A stretch of DNA of 64,000 bases from Phoronis australis. Its lineage: Eukaryota > Animalia > Phoronida. Numbering within the stretch: the stretch's first letter is position 1; every line of letters starts with the position of its first letter. Positions 38,001-53,000 of this stretch are shown one piece after another. The translations under genes were made by a program, and so were the position numbers. The stretch lies in the NCBI GenBank assembly GCA_002633005.1, contig NMRA01000112.1, forward strand, positions 62,001 to 126,000, read 5' to 3'. The notes under the pieces were generated by a model. It searched no databases. It had not been told where the DNA came from and worked only from the letters and a program-made list of their open reading frames with translations.

Positions 38001-41000
38001 TGAAGTAGCATCTTGATGTGAAGATTCACCATAACATTTTGTCGTAATCGGCTGTGTTTATTTGTGAGGTACTTCAGAAAGCTTTAACTCTACAATAAAG
38101 AAAGTCTGTAGATTTTAATTTTTGACTTCTTGCCTATCTGCCAGTAATTATAAACTGAAATGAAAATAAAATTTAGCAAAAACGAAAGGCACGTTGATTG
38201 CAAAATATGGGTATCAATAATGAGACCAAGTTTGATTTAATGTTCACGATACAATCTCAAAAATACTGCTACAGTTTTCTCAAATATCATTCGCTTTATT
38301 CATCTTTCAAGTTTTTTATGTAAATCCTGGAAGTACATTTTTGATCTTTAACTCCTTATGCAAAAGTGGAACATTAAAAAATCCAAAGAACATTTTGGAG
38401 AACACGGCAGAAAGCATTCTAGCAACTAAAATTTTTACGTGAATCTGATCAACCATTTCTGAGCTCTGGTGTTTGGAAGTTAGCCATTTGGACATTTTTC
38501 CAGGGGTCTACATAACCTAAAGTAAACATGACAACTATTGATTGTGTGCAAAGCTGCAGCCTGTGTCCTGTCGCTAATGGCATGGGTTTATCTGGCTGTA
38601 AGACACACCTGTATTGTGAGGTCACTGGAGCGTGTGATTTATCAGCTGGGTGATTGCAAATATGAGATATGTTAATTGATGTGTTTCAATGGTTTTTACA
38701 TTGTGAATGCTTGAAAAACAGCTGTTCAATCCAACTGCGTTTTGAGGTACACTATTTTGCAATGAATAAGGTCTACCGTGGAAGTTTTTATTTCACTTTC
38801 AGCATGCTCAGATAGTTCTGGCTCATACTGAAAACTCTTCTCAGTACTGGGTGGGGTGTACAGTCATTCAGAATCTCAACCAATGAAATACTTGAGCTAC
38901 TGGGAAACTAATGGAGACAATAGCAACAAGTGATGAAAAATCACATGCGAGTAATTGTCAAGATTGTCTACCCATTCCCCTGGTCCTCCTTGTAAACCCA
39001 CATTAGCAGTCTGCAATGACACCCATAGCCTGACTACCCACTACAGACAATATTGCTAGTCCTCTGGTCCTCCTTGTAAACCCACATTAGTAGCCTGCAA
39101 TGACACCCATAGCCTGACTACCCACTACAGACAATATTGCTAGTCCTCTGGTCCTCGATGCAAACCCATTTCAGCAGCCTGTGATGACACCCATAGCCTG
39201 ACTACCGACTACAGACAATATTGCTAGTTCCTTGGTCCTCTGTGCAAACCTATATTAGCAGCCTGCAATGACACCCATAGCCTGAATACCCACTACAGAC
39301 AATATTGCTAGTTCCCTGGTCCTCGATGCAAACCCATTTCAGCAGCCTGTGATGACACCCATAGCCTGACTACCCGCTTCAGACAATATTGTTGAACATG
39401 AAGATTGTCTTTGAATTTTACAGTTATTCTCACACGAAATTAAACATATTTTCCTGATTATCTGGGTGTTTCAAATAAATTGAATATATAGAGGTAGGTG
39501 ATGGGTGTGTGATTGATCACATTTGATTTAGGTCAGAACAGAAGCACGAACTTTAAAATTAGTGTGTAAGGAAAAAACGACATATCTATGCAACGTTTCG
39601 GTTTATTACTCTAAATCGTTGTCAAGGAAACAGTTCACAGACTCAAAACGGGCGACACAGGTAGAGAAGAGACTGTACAAGTACATGTCAAAATGCATAG
39701 TGAGGGGGAGAGACCAGAAATCAAAACAGTTGGAGCTCAAATGAACCAATGTTTCTGTTGAGGTAACGCTCAGCATGGTTCAACCATACATGCATAGCCT
39801 CCTTTATGAGGAGCCTGAGGGTGGCATTATCCTTGGCTAGGATCTGGGTGTGTGATCATATTAACTGATTAACTATGCATTGCCAACTGCCTGCATATGA
39901 TTGGAAATGTGGCCTATGGGTTTCCAGTGTACTTCACCTATTCTGTTCCAATTTAAGAAGTTACTTAACCCCTCATTGGCGAAACTTTTTTGAGCACATG
40001 TTCTGACTCTGACACCCCATTCGTCCAGCTCACACCTTTGCAACATCATAAGATATCTCGTATTCAAATGGATTAATGAATTAAGTGCTGGGTATACTAT
40101 GTCCAGATCTTATTAATGCAATGCAATTAATTAAAGAGGTATGTATTGCTAGAATGACTGGACTTTTCATTGATGTTTTGTGAAGTACAAAAAATTCCCT
40201 TCCTCANGTCAGAACAGAAGCACGAACTTTAAAATTAGTGTGTAAGGAAAAAACGACATATCTATGCAACGTTTCGGTTTATTACTCTAAATCATTGTCA
40301 AGGAAACAGTTCACAGACTCAAAACGGGCGACACAGGTAGACAAGAGACTGTACAAGTACATGTCAAAATGCATAGTGAGGGGGAGAGACCAGAAATCAA
40401 AACAGTTGGAGCTCAAATGAACCAATGTTTCTGTTGAGGTAACGCTCAGCATGGTTCAACCGTACATGCATAGCCTCCTTTGTGAGGAGCCTGAGGGTGG
40501 CATTATCCTTGTCTAGGATCAACCTGAGGGTAGCATTATCCTTGTCTAGGATCTGGGTGCGTAATCATATTAACTGATTAACTATGCATTGCCAACTGCC
40601 TGCATATGATTGGAAATGTGGCCTATGGGTTTCCAGTGTACTTCACCTATTCTGTTCCAATTTAAGAAGTTACTTAACCCCTCATTGGCGAAACTTTTTT
40701 GAGCACATGTTCTGACTCTGACACCCCATTCGTCCAGCTCACACCTTTGCAACATCATAAGATATCTCGTATTCAAATGGATTAATGAATTAAGTGCTGG
40801 GTATACTATGTCCAGATCTTATTAATGCAATGCAATTAATTAAAGAGGTATGTATTGCTAGAATGACTGGACTTTTCATTGATGTTTTGTGAAGTACAAA
40901 AAATTCCCTTCCTCATGCGAAATAAGTGAGGGTCAAAATATTTTTTGAAATAAATTTAGATGTGCGAAATTAAGTGAATGTGCTAAACAAGTGGAGAATG

Positions 41001-44000
41001 ACCGTATACACTGAAGTAAAAAGTCTCATCACCAAAAATTAATCGCTACTATTATATGGATGGCAGCTTATTCATATGTGGCCTTCTGCTGGTATTATGC
41101 TGGTGTCTGTCAGTGGTTTTTAAGTACTGTAGACCAGCCGTCATAGCCAATCAATATAAAATGCACTGACAAGGTTTAATTTGTTTCCTGAAAATTTCTT
41201 AAATGTTACTGTAACTCATTATTTTGTCAAAGAAACTAACTTTTAAATCACACTAGAAAATTGGTGTCAGTTCACTTTTTCTCAAAATATGTGATGTTCT
41301 GGGCTTGGAGACAGCTGACTGTTGGTTAATGTTTGAGAACCTGCTCGGCACATGAAATAACCCACTGTGACAGGAATGATTTCTTGGACAATAATGAATT
41401 GTTAGTCTTATTTCCAAAACCATTCTAATTTAAGTAAGAAAGAAATTGAGACCTGTTTTGTAGTTGTTATAAGAGGCCTCAAATCTCATCATTGCTAAGA
41501 TGTGATGTGTGTTCTGGTTCATTGAAGAGCTGAACACATCACTCCTAAAGTCATTGACTGGCACTTATTGTAGGCATGATTTTATTCCCCAGTTCAAATA
41601 CATGACAACATTTTGATTGCATATGTTATTTCGTTCGACATTTACCTTTAAGGTGATGTGGGGAACTAGAAGAATTTTCAATTTTGGCCAAGTTTGGAGC
41701 ATCGTGCCTCAGAAATGGCTGATCGGATTCAGATGAAACTTTCAGATACTATGTTTTATACACTGTTCTTGACAATATCAGTAAAAAATCAAATCTTGTT
41801 GAGAATTACACGATTCATTTATGCATCGGAAAGTCTTAGTCCAAACCGTGGAGAACCTGTATTTAAAATACCATCTTAGAAATGTGTATACTTAAATGTG
41901 AGTAGTACACAGTACACTAATGTCAAATAATGCCCCTGAAACTTAACAAAAGTAATCTCCCATGAGTTCAAACTCCTCTCTTTTTTCACACTATTCGTAG
42001 GTTATCCAAACTCGTCATGACAAGATCCAAAGTTGTAACTGCAACAAGCCAAAACAGGTTTCATGGAATACCGATCCAAAAGTTTGTTTTTGGGTTACAT
42101 TTCAGTGTAAAGGCTATGTTGCTGATCATTGACTGCAAGTCGCGTTTGCAGGACAAACGGCCCACAAGCCCCTATAAGAAACAGATGACTGTCAATGTGC
42201 CGGGCTCACCAATGGAAAGAGAAGATTTGCTCAATGGGTCTGCTTATAATGAAGATGCTGTTGTACCCCTTGCTCCTGGGAAAGAGATCACCTACGGGGA
42301 TGTGGGTAGGGACCAGCAGTGTTGGTGTTCGTTTCCTTTGGCCGAAATAGCTTGGATATAGGCCATCAGCTTTGCCAATGTTCAAATCTGATAGACAAAA
42401 CATGCAACCAATGTCCTCACAGGGCAGATGAATGTTTGACCTTGAAGTAAAATATTTGACCTTGAAATAAAATGAGGACTGACAGAACATGAAAAGAAAT
42501 TTCAAAGTATTCTGATGTTTACAAACACTTAGAACAGAGATAAAAACTTTTTATTAATGGTTCTCTCAAAGAGCTTCAACAATATAATTACGTCCTTGTT
42601 GCAAAAAAGCACTCTAATTTGAACCCTGGTTTTGCTGAAGGAAATGTCAAAAGATGGAATGTCAGAAAAATAAAATAAAATTTTGGTTTGTCTATAGTTT
42701 TTGGGATTGCGTATTTTACATGTTTTTGAAAGTTGTGTTTTGGAGTTTTTTCAGATTTGTTGCAATTTGAAATTCTACTGTTACAGTAACAGTTGGAAAA
42801 GCTTCTCGTGAATTGTGTTCCTGTCACGTGATTGTGTTCCTATCATGTGATTATGTTCCTGTCACGTGATTGTGTTCCTGTCGTGTAATTGTATTCCTGT
42901 CATGTGATTGGCTTTTTACTTGATCTTCCACGATTCTTCATTTTCATTCCTCGTTTGTGATCGATGTATCGTGTTTTTGGTTGAAAGAAAAATACTTTCT
43001 CTTGTCAAAGATAAATAATTTTGAAAAATAAATGGCATGCTCTTAAAATCGATGTTTCCGTGACAATATTTTGCCTTCCAAGTCACTTCATTTGCTGAAA
43101 TGTTTCTGTTGTCAGGGTTCTATGCTCTCGGTCACACAGGAACACTGCTTGTAGAACTAGCCATAGTCATCTCACAGATCGGTAAGTTTTATATATTTAC
43201 CATAAATTGAGTTTGTTAAAAGGAAATTAAACATTGATGTCTTAAAAACTGAATTCCCATGATGCTCACAAATGTCTTATGACAGGTCAGTTGAAGGAAA
43301 CCTGTTCTTTTTGGACCATGTTAAGCGTAGCCATGGCAACAACTTTTTGAACATTGTAAGGTTGATAAACACATAATCAAAATGTGTTTGCATGATTTTC
43401 ACTGTTGCATCTGTTGCATTGTGTTAAAGTTTTTGTAAGTGTTTGATATTATATCTCAGCATTAAATGCGATTAATGTCTGCAATGGGAAATCTCACTTT
43501 CTCCGAAGCTCTCTATCAACTCAGTTGTCATATTTGATCTTTTTAGAGAAAAACGTGAATAATTTGTAGCGTTCATTGTGCAAAATTCTTTCAGGTTTTT
43601 GCTGTGCTTACCTCATCTTTATATCAGAAAATCTGTCGAATGTTTTGCCATTCCTTCAAACGTAAGTGCTATTTCATGTTTCTCTTTGATTCTTACTTTT
43701 TTAGGAATCTGTGAATATCATGTCATTTACAGTTCTATTGAGTGCTGTTTCAGTGAGTCGATGCAAAATCAGAATGATTTGAAGCAGTTTATTGAGCCAA
43801 AATTACACATAAGAGTTCCACTATGACCATAGTATAACCATAGGAAACGAGAAGTGTTAACTTTTCTTATTTAGTGACTAAAATTTTCTTGACGTACTGT
43901 AATGTTGGACTCTTTCCAGTGGGTGGATTGAGAAGTACCAAGGTGATAGACATGTTATGGACCAGTGCTCAATATAGATTTAAAATGTTAGATCTAACTA

Positions 44001-47000
44001 GAATGAATGTTAATAGCATTTGTTGAACATTCTCAGTGTAGGTACAGTTCTGACTTTGCTTGACTACCTCCGATTTTAAATTTAATCGTTCCTGTCTAAC
44101 TTCACAGTGTGCAGTTTGTGCATCCAAAAGCACAGCTACTGACCTACAAAACAGTTGATTGCTGGTTGCAGATGTTGAGACTGTGCTCTGTGTTTTTAGT
44201 TTAAGCACGTTTGTGAATTGGTGAACTATGTTTTTTTGATGTGTAAGCCATGTTTTGTGAGTCCAACAGTGCAAAATTAGGAGCGTTTAATGTCCTCGAC
44301 AGGAAACGAGTAAAAAGCTTCCATACCGACATTTGATTCTTAAAAGATGACTTTGCACGAAGCATTAAAGAAAGTTTGTAATCAAGCAGTAGTTCAGCGT
44401 ACTGCTTTACAACATTAAGCTGAACTTTGTCTGACATAGTTCTGTTCTATTTCTCACAAGTTCTTGTTTTTGTTTTTGATGAAACTTGTGACAACCACAT
44501 TTTTCAATGTCCACATTGCTGCAACTGTTTTCTTACTTTACAGGTATCACTGTTTGATGATCATGCTTCCACTACTGGGCTGTTTAACTTTACTGAGACA
44601 TCTCAGCAGTTTAGCGTTATCAAGGTGAGTCTTGAGAATGATGTGTTTGGATAGGAATTCACATAACCTACCAGGAATGACATCAAAGTCACTCATTATT
44701 TTTTGGCATTTTAGTAAATGTGTCCAATTTTGGATGTCCGATTTTACAGAAGCATCTCGGTAGTTAGCTTCGTATGTGGAAATTTAGTCGAATGAATTTT
44801 ACAGAATTTTTCAAGATTGGTACCTGAAATTATGTGGGCGCCAAAATTTTTATTTGATGTTGTCTGGGCATTAAATTATTTTTATTTATTGTCTGTGTAT
44901 GTGTGTTTTACACAATGAATGTTAACTTGCACATGGTGTAGGTAATAATTAAATATTGACATAGTCATTACTTGGCGAAATAAAATTTTGCCAAGTATTT
45001 TGCTCTGACACTAATTTTTTTGTTTGTTCGCAAGATACTGGTCACAATTTTTGTCCGATTAGCATGAAATTGACACACAACCTGTAGGTCCAGAAGTTAT
45101 GGAAGCCTATTGTTTTTCGTCATGATCGTATCCAAGATGGCGGACATGGTGGCCATTTTGTTTTTGATTTCAGATTGAAATGCTTTCAGAGGCTGTAATT
45201 TTTGACATTACATGGCTGAAAATCAGTACGGTTATTGTACCAGACGTATGTTACATAATTATGTGCTGCTAATCATTTACGTCCGGTCAAAAATGGTGGA
45301 AATATTGGCAATTGCGCATGCACATCTAGATTTCGATATGAAAACAGTTCGTCTTGGTAGCGGGCGCATTGTAGGACCAATTGCTTTGAAATTTTCCATG
45401 TGTTAGCTTCCTGTGACTAGCTATTATCAAATGCTGCATAACCGGAAGTTGCTTTCAAGATGGCGGATCTGGCGCATTTTCACTGGTGCTGGGGTGCCAT
45501 TTTGAACAGGAAATGAAAATGACATGAATTTTTGCATGTGGATTTTCTGAGGTATACTCTTTCAAATAACCTGTAACAATTTTTTCTGACTTATCGTTTT
45601 TGAGTTATTTTCTTTTGAATTTCAAAAAAACTGTAAAATTGGAAATTTTTCGAAACAATTACAAAATTTTTTATAACTACATTGTTAGATAGAGTTTTGA
45701 ACTGGCTTTCAGAAGATGTGTTCCATTTTTCGCTAAGACGCCTACTTTTTGAGTTACTTGAGATGTTCTGAAAACACTGTTCCTTAAATTAATATTTTGT
45801 TGACCGATTTTGCTGCACTGTTGTTGGTTTACCTTCTATTGAACAAGAATGTAGCTTATTTCTTACTGATTTCTTCTGACATCTTTATTCATCGTATGAA
45901 TGTTATCATCATGTCCATCAATGCCACCATCATCATCATCGTCATCATCTCCATTGAGGTCTTTTCAGTTAATTGTTGCGCCTCTGAGTGCTTTCATTTC
46001 AAATGTAGGTACAATGGTCCAGAAATTTTTCGATTGATTGATTTGAATTGTTGAGACTTATAACCAAAGTACTATAATTTTATCTTTAGTAAAGTAATTT
46101 TTAATTAATAGCATACAACAGATTGTGCTGCTGAGGAGGTCTGATATTAATTTCGGATAAAAGTGATTGTGAAAATTGGTAATTTTTCATTTTTCATAGG
46201 AATCTAATATTGTTCTAAATGTAGGATTTCTCAGCATCATTGTCTAATTGTAGCTATGGAATAGGTCTTAAAGTGATACAGCATTTTATTGATGTTACTT
46301 GTTTTTATGAAAAATAATATTCACTTGCCAGCCATATCGTGTCCCAATTTTACCATATACCTGTACATTCAATAGGCTAATACCAGCACATTTTGAGGAA
46401 TTTACAACCCGTATCTCATTTTATTAAAGGTCATAAGTCCTGTCTTAGCTGTGGCAGTGGTAACTTCAATATTAATTTGCTCCTGGTTAATTAATTGGGC
46501 TCATGAAGGTGGTCGTTATTCACAGATTATTAATTATCAACTTAATGTCAGTTGTAGTGTGTCATTCCTATAAAAAGTGTATCATTTGCATGCTGTGACT
46601 GTCTTAGCTAGGTCTGGATTGGGGCTTGTGACAAAATGGGACCCAGTTTATTTTGAAGTGATCTAGTCAGTTGCTGGTTACACTAAATAATGACCAGTCT
46701 TTGGGAAAGAGCTTATGTCACTTTGTTGTTTTGTAGTTTGTTCGCACAATTTTCTACACTCATGGCCTTTGCTGTTGTCTTCTGGTTCGACTTTGAGCAC
46801 TTCAGTTCAGTCAGGTTGGTGGCAGCACTTGTTTCCAACTTAACCTTTTTATTTTGAGGTCCTTGGGTATAACAGAATTGAACTTTCACTTGTTGGTAGA
46901 ATTGGAGGCTTGACAAAATATTTCTCAGCGACTTTAGTGTTTAGATATGCATCATTCACCCACTCAGTGATTGGTAGAAAAAATTGTTAACTTTTGAAAA

Positions 47001-50000
47001 TAAAACTTCCCATTTGAAAACTTATCAGCTCCCATTTGTTCATGGCACTTGACTTGTTTTGTTGCAAATTCTGTTTGCATTAGGGGTATACTTGCATGGC
47101 GCCAGTTCCATGTTTTTTAACTTGCAATGTGTCAAACAGTTCATTATAATTGAAAATCTTTCCGAATATTGTGTAGGCCTTCATAATTGTTCAAAGCAAT
47201 TGGTTTCAGTCAATTGGTGTTTAATGATCCAGTTTTGTTTGTCTTCCCTCTACATAAAGAAGGGTATGTTGGTTGAAGTACCACTTATATTTCATGGTTT
47301 GGATATTTCGTTCAGTTAAGTCATTTTGTTGGGTCGACAGTGTTACGTAGGTATTTATCTTTACATCTCTTCATTAAAAGGAAACCCAGGTAAGATGAAG
47401 GATTGTGTCTGAATATAATTTATGATATTTGGGGTGGTTTTCAGAAACTCAGTTGTGTGAGAAGAGTTTACAGCATTCAGAAAACTGATTTTTGACAACT
47501 GATTTGACTACAATGTGTGATGTTGAAACTGAAAAACTTTTTCTAGTATTTTTTCTAATTTTGTCATTTTTAGTTTGAAATTCTGATTTCACGAATGCAT
47601 GCATTATTTTCCATTCACCCAGAATGTTGCAGAAGGAATGTTTAAATTCTCTTTGCAGTCTGTATTAAACAGAGTTACTAAGTTAAACTAAAAGTTATTT
47701 AAAGTACCTTAGTTAGTCAGTAGTCGATTCCAAAGATTTGCAAAAGCAATAATCACAAGACTCCAGTGAGTTCTTATCATTGGCTAATTGGTTTGTATAT
47801 TCAAATTCACAACCCATTTTGTTGTTGTAGGCTTCATCCCAAAGAGTTTTCTCTAGAAGGCCTTCCATTTTTCCTGGCCATTGCAATATACTGTTATGAA
47901 GTAAGTATTTCTGGAACTTGACCCATAACAGTGAGACTAGAGATCTGTGACAACTTTTGAAGTATACTGTTGAAGTAGAGTTGATATATTGAGAAAAGAT
48001 GCATGTATTTCTTTTAACAAATCCCTCTGTGTTGCTCTTGTTAAACAATATGCCATATACAGGGTCACGGGAACATATCTCTTGTAAAATTTAGCAACAT
48101 GGCCAAATTTCATTTGATATAATTATATGTTCCCCGTGAAGTCTCAAAAGCTCTGTAATAATTTTCTAAATTAAGTTTATTATTTCGTTTTCGTTTTATG
48201 CAACTTTAAAATTTTTAATGCAATGCAACTTAAGAATTTTTAATGAAAATCATAAAAGTCTTGTTTTTGTCATGCACAAGTGGAACACGTTAAAAATGAT
48301 TCATGACAGCGCTTTGAAGAAAAGTGCATTGAAAACATTATAGTATCTCAAAGTTTCATATGAATCCGATCGGCTGTTTCTGCGATATGATGTTTTCTAG
48401 TTAGCTTAATTTGGATTTTTGTATTATTTGGGTTTGCTGTCTTTAGATGTGAGACTGATATGGTCACTGTGACTTTCGATGTTCATTTTCAGGGAGCCGG
48501 TATGATCTTGTCTTTAGAGGCATCCGTGCACATTGAGAAAAGACATCGTTTTAAATTGTAAGTTGCAGTTTCAGCTTATCGCAAATTAATTTTCAAAATG
48601 TGAAAGCTTTGATTACATTGTCTAAAGGCTGTTCCAGCAAAATCCCTATGAGAGGGGGGACGGAAGTTGAATAAAAGTTCATGGGTGGTGGTCTTCAGAA
48701 AAAAACTCAAATTATGGGTGGTCGTTCTTGTAAGAAGTAAAGCATTAAAACTGGGTGGTATTTTTTGACCTGAAAATGTTGAAAGGTTGGTATTTTCAGC
48801 CAAACATATCTCAAAAGAAATCAAATTCACCAAAAATTCACTTGGCAAATACCCAAACATATCCCAAAACAAAAAAACAAACCCATGTTGCTAGTATACA
48901 GATTTTGATATGTACGTTATGCCATTAATCAAGTCATGGGCAACTTGAGTTCGAGCATATGTTGTACTGCAGTCATATTATAATGAAAATTTCTGCAACA
49001 CAAAACTGGTGTTAACACATAAGAGAATTGATGATTTTTAAATAACTTGACATAGCAGTCTAAAAGCATTCGTGGAGACAATTTGAGATTCATAGAACAA
49101 TGAAATTGAAAAAATCTTATTGAAATTACAGAGACACACGGTGAACAGAGACACCTGGTGGCTGCCAAAAGTATTGCTTACAGGTGTCTTTGAAAATCAA
49201 GATTCTGGTAACTGATATGAGTTGTGATCTCACATGGAATTTTTCTGCACCCACAAAAACCTTGTGGTCGGTCTGTTTGTCATATCATTTTTTGTCCATC
49301 AATTATCTCGAGAACCGCTCGGCAGATCATGATGAAATTTGGTATAGAGGTACTTGGCAAGGTTGCGCCTTCACCATTCGATTTCCGGGCAGATTTGGCA
49401 ACCTTGGTACTCCATGGTGACCGCTTTAATTTTTGACAAGCCATTCCTTGTATGTTGATTATCTCAAAAACTGCTTCATTGATCACGATGAAATTAGAAA
49501 TAGAAGCATATCGCAAGAATATGCTGGCACCAGTCAGTTTTTGGACACTGGATTCAACTCCTGTGGCACCCCGTTAGTTTTTAACAAGACAGGTTGATTA
49601 TTATCTCAAAAAGTGCTAGGCACAACTGGAAATTTGGCACAAAAATATATAGCAGGGATGGATGGGTTGACAGAAGTCATTTTCGTTTTGATTCGACCAC
49701 CCTCTTGGTTACTTTAGTTTTTGGCAGTATTGGACAAAACAACTAGTTCTTGACTGTCGGTCATCTAAGTTGAACTTCTTAACAGGTTATCCTGGAGGCA
49801 ATTTGTTTGCAATTGTTGGAATTTATATTTTAACCTATTAATTAAAAAGTTATGGGTCATGGGTTGGAGAAATAAATGAAAAATATGGGCGGCGGGTACG
49901 AAATAAAGGTGCCTTCCCATACATTTCTTGCTGGAACAGCCCTTAGCATGTCATTCTTCGTGGTTAACTCTGTTTCTTGAGGTATAATTTTCCAAATTTG

Positions 50001-53000
50001 AAAGTGTATCAAACAGAAGCATTTGCGTTTATGCTCTCATAGTGTTGTAACTTGAATATTTTGCATTGTACGAAGCTCAAGAAATTCTTTATTTCAGTCA
50101 GTGTCAATCTTTCTCATTGCAGTTTCTTTGTATTCATGATGGTCCTAGTGACAGCACTGTACATCACGTTTGGCGTCAGTGGCTATTTGGTGAGTGAATA
50201 TCCAGTAGTAGCTGAAGGAATTGAGATACACTGAGTAGTTTGTGCTACCTGGCATCAGCTCTATTCACGAGGCTCAAGACTGATTTTGGATTGCTGTATT
50301 ATTGCCCTGTCACCGTTGTTTCTCTAACATCACTCATCCTAAGGATTTGTTGGAACTTCTCGATAAGTTTGTATATATTTGGCCAAATATCTAGCATAAA
50401 ACTATTGAATCTAACTCTGGAAAAGTAGATACCCTGGATCATTTGATTTTTGGCTTTTTACCAATCTGGTATGTGACTGTGCGTTTAACTTAAATTTAGT
50501 AGCTGAAAGAAAGTTACATTGATTTTCATTGTTATATCAAAACAACAGTATCAATATCCGTCGTAACCAAATTTTGTTTGATGCAAATGTATGAGATGAA
50601 TTCTCAAGAACACTGTTACAGTAACAATTTTCTAAATCTTCATTTCGTTTTTGGTTTAATATGCCACTTTTGATTTTTTTCATAGAAATCGGAAAGTCCT
50701 ATTTTTGATATCCTCTCATGCAAAAGTGGAACATTTAAAAACAATTCCTTGCAGTTCATAAAGCGTAGTATCTTTTAGTTTCGTATGAGTCCAATCAGCC
50801 ATTTCTGAAATAGGATGTTCTGAAGTTATCCAAATTTGGACGTTTCTCTGGGGACCCTAACTTTAATTTTCAATTGGTCATGTGTTTTGTAACGCCATAG
50901 TATCTTTGTTATATTAATATCTCATGTGATTTTTTTCAGTCCTTTGGTCCAGAAACAAATTCCATTATAACATTGAATCTTCCAAAAGGTATGTTATTTT
51001 CTTTTTTTGCCGATCATTAGATTATTAATACTTTGTTTTTTCCAATTTGTAGTTTTTGTGTTTTTGTATGGTTTTCTTAAATTATTATCAATTTTTATAT
51101 TTTCAATTCATGTCCTTAAAGTACAATTAAATGTTTTTTACATGTTCGTTGCAGGCCAAACTCTGGATTTCTCACTCATCGTAAAGATTTGTCTTTCCTT
51201 GTCGCTGTTTTTCACGTATCCTGGTAAGTTTGTTTGACATGAAAAAAGCAGGTGACGAGTGAGTTCCAGTAATGCAAGACACTTGTGAAGCTTTTGCCTT
51301 TAGAAATCTCTACTTAATATGTAAGGAACACACTGATATTTATACATCATTCAACGTTCCCATCTAACTGACTCATAAATTCAGTGGCTGCTATTTTGCT
51401 AGTAAGGTCCCGGGCTTAAAAACTCCCCACGAGAGGCCTGCCTCTAAATCTGTGAAAGGTGGGGAGGATCTAAACAAGGCTTTTTGTGCCTGACTTCCTT
51501 GAACTATGCAGACAAACACACCGTGGCATGCAAACAGCAATATTGTTTTGACTGCCAGTGTTTGCGGTAAACAATATAACAACCACTTAGCGTTGGAAGA
51601 TACACCCAAATTCATTTAGCATAAAAAATTAGTTGAGAACGGTCTTTAAATGAAAAAAATTTTAAAATTTTGAGTTTTTCTTAGTGTGGAAAGCTCGGCA
51701 TAGTAGTAGTAGTTCTGTCGATGCATTGAAACCACAAGTTATATTACACCTGGGTTCTGTATCAAGGAAATTTTTTATTTTAGTGATTGAACTAAGACCA
51801 AAATTGGGCTAAATTAAGACAAATATCTTGACCCCATTTCAAAACCGGTCTAAGCTAAGACCGAAAGTTATCCTGCACTGGGGTAGGCTTAAGATTGGAC
51901 TTTTGGTTTAAACCACCAACATTTATGACTATCATCATTGAGGAACAAATTTCGTTGATGTCAAATTGAAGATTGTCTGCATTTTATTCAAGAACTGGCA
52001 AAGCAACTTAGAGAAAATGTAGTGTGGCTTACTGGCACATGTGAAATGATATTTTCCAGCTATAAATACCACAGTCCTCTCATTAAGTAAATGGAATCCC
52101 AGCTGTGTCTCAAATGTAACAAAATGTAAATCCCTATTCAGAATCTCAAGACAGATTATTCTTGAAACTGTATTTTACTCGCCATCTCGCTTTGTTTAGT
52201 GAATTCACAACTGGTGAAGAAAACATCGTTTGTATTCTGACCTACATTATGTCAAAACTGTTCAGTCTAAGTTGAAAGTGAAGACCAAAAACTGAATTTG
52301 TGTTAATAAAAAAGTCTTGTTTGAATTTTGTCTCTGATCTTAACTTCACCTGAATTTCGGTCTTAGACAAGTTTTTGGTCACAAATCTTAATCATTTTTT
52401 TGTGGAACAGGGCTTTGGCCTTGGGTGAGTTTGTTGATGTTGGATCATGTTAGAGTCAAGTTATCTTTGTTTTCTAATTCTTCTTAGCCGAGTTATTCTG
52501 CATTTTCGTGTAGATGAGTGTAAAGTTATTAAATTTATCAGACTCATAACTATGAACTCGAGGAAAATGATCTTAAAAATTATGGTCAACATGTCAATAT
52601 TTCACATTCAAGCAAAGAAGTGATCATATCGTGTTTCACACTTACCTGTGTTGTATTTGATGATTTGATTATAACAGGGGTCGGAGGCCTAGTAATTGAA
52701 TAAATATAATAGTAAAAGTAAAAATATGTCCATCTCATTTCATCTATTTTCAAAATCCTGGTATTGATTCACATAATACAAAGAACACCTGGGAGTTTGT
52801 TGTAACTGCAGTGTATGGAGTGTAGTTGGTTTGAGTCTTGTGGAGAGAAATGATATTAGTGAGCAGGCGTTATAAACCAGGCAAAATATAACGTGGTAAA
52901 CAAGTTTTTGCAGATTGAACATTCTTCAGAGTAGGGAATTTTTTTATTAAAGTGGAACTTGCAGGCTATTTCCTTTTGTCTGTCATTGCTTGGTCAAATT

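Noticed and set aside
38981-39391. 84-bp (28-codon) repeat as a coding repeat
   Set aside because: The unit has stop codons in all six frames.
39532-40915. Duplicated 60- and 64-aa ORFs
   Set aside because: Same n-joined overlap pattern; intronic and most likely two alleles of one locus.
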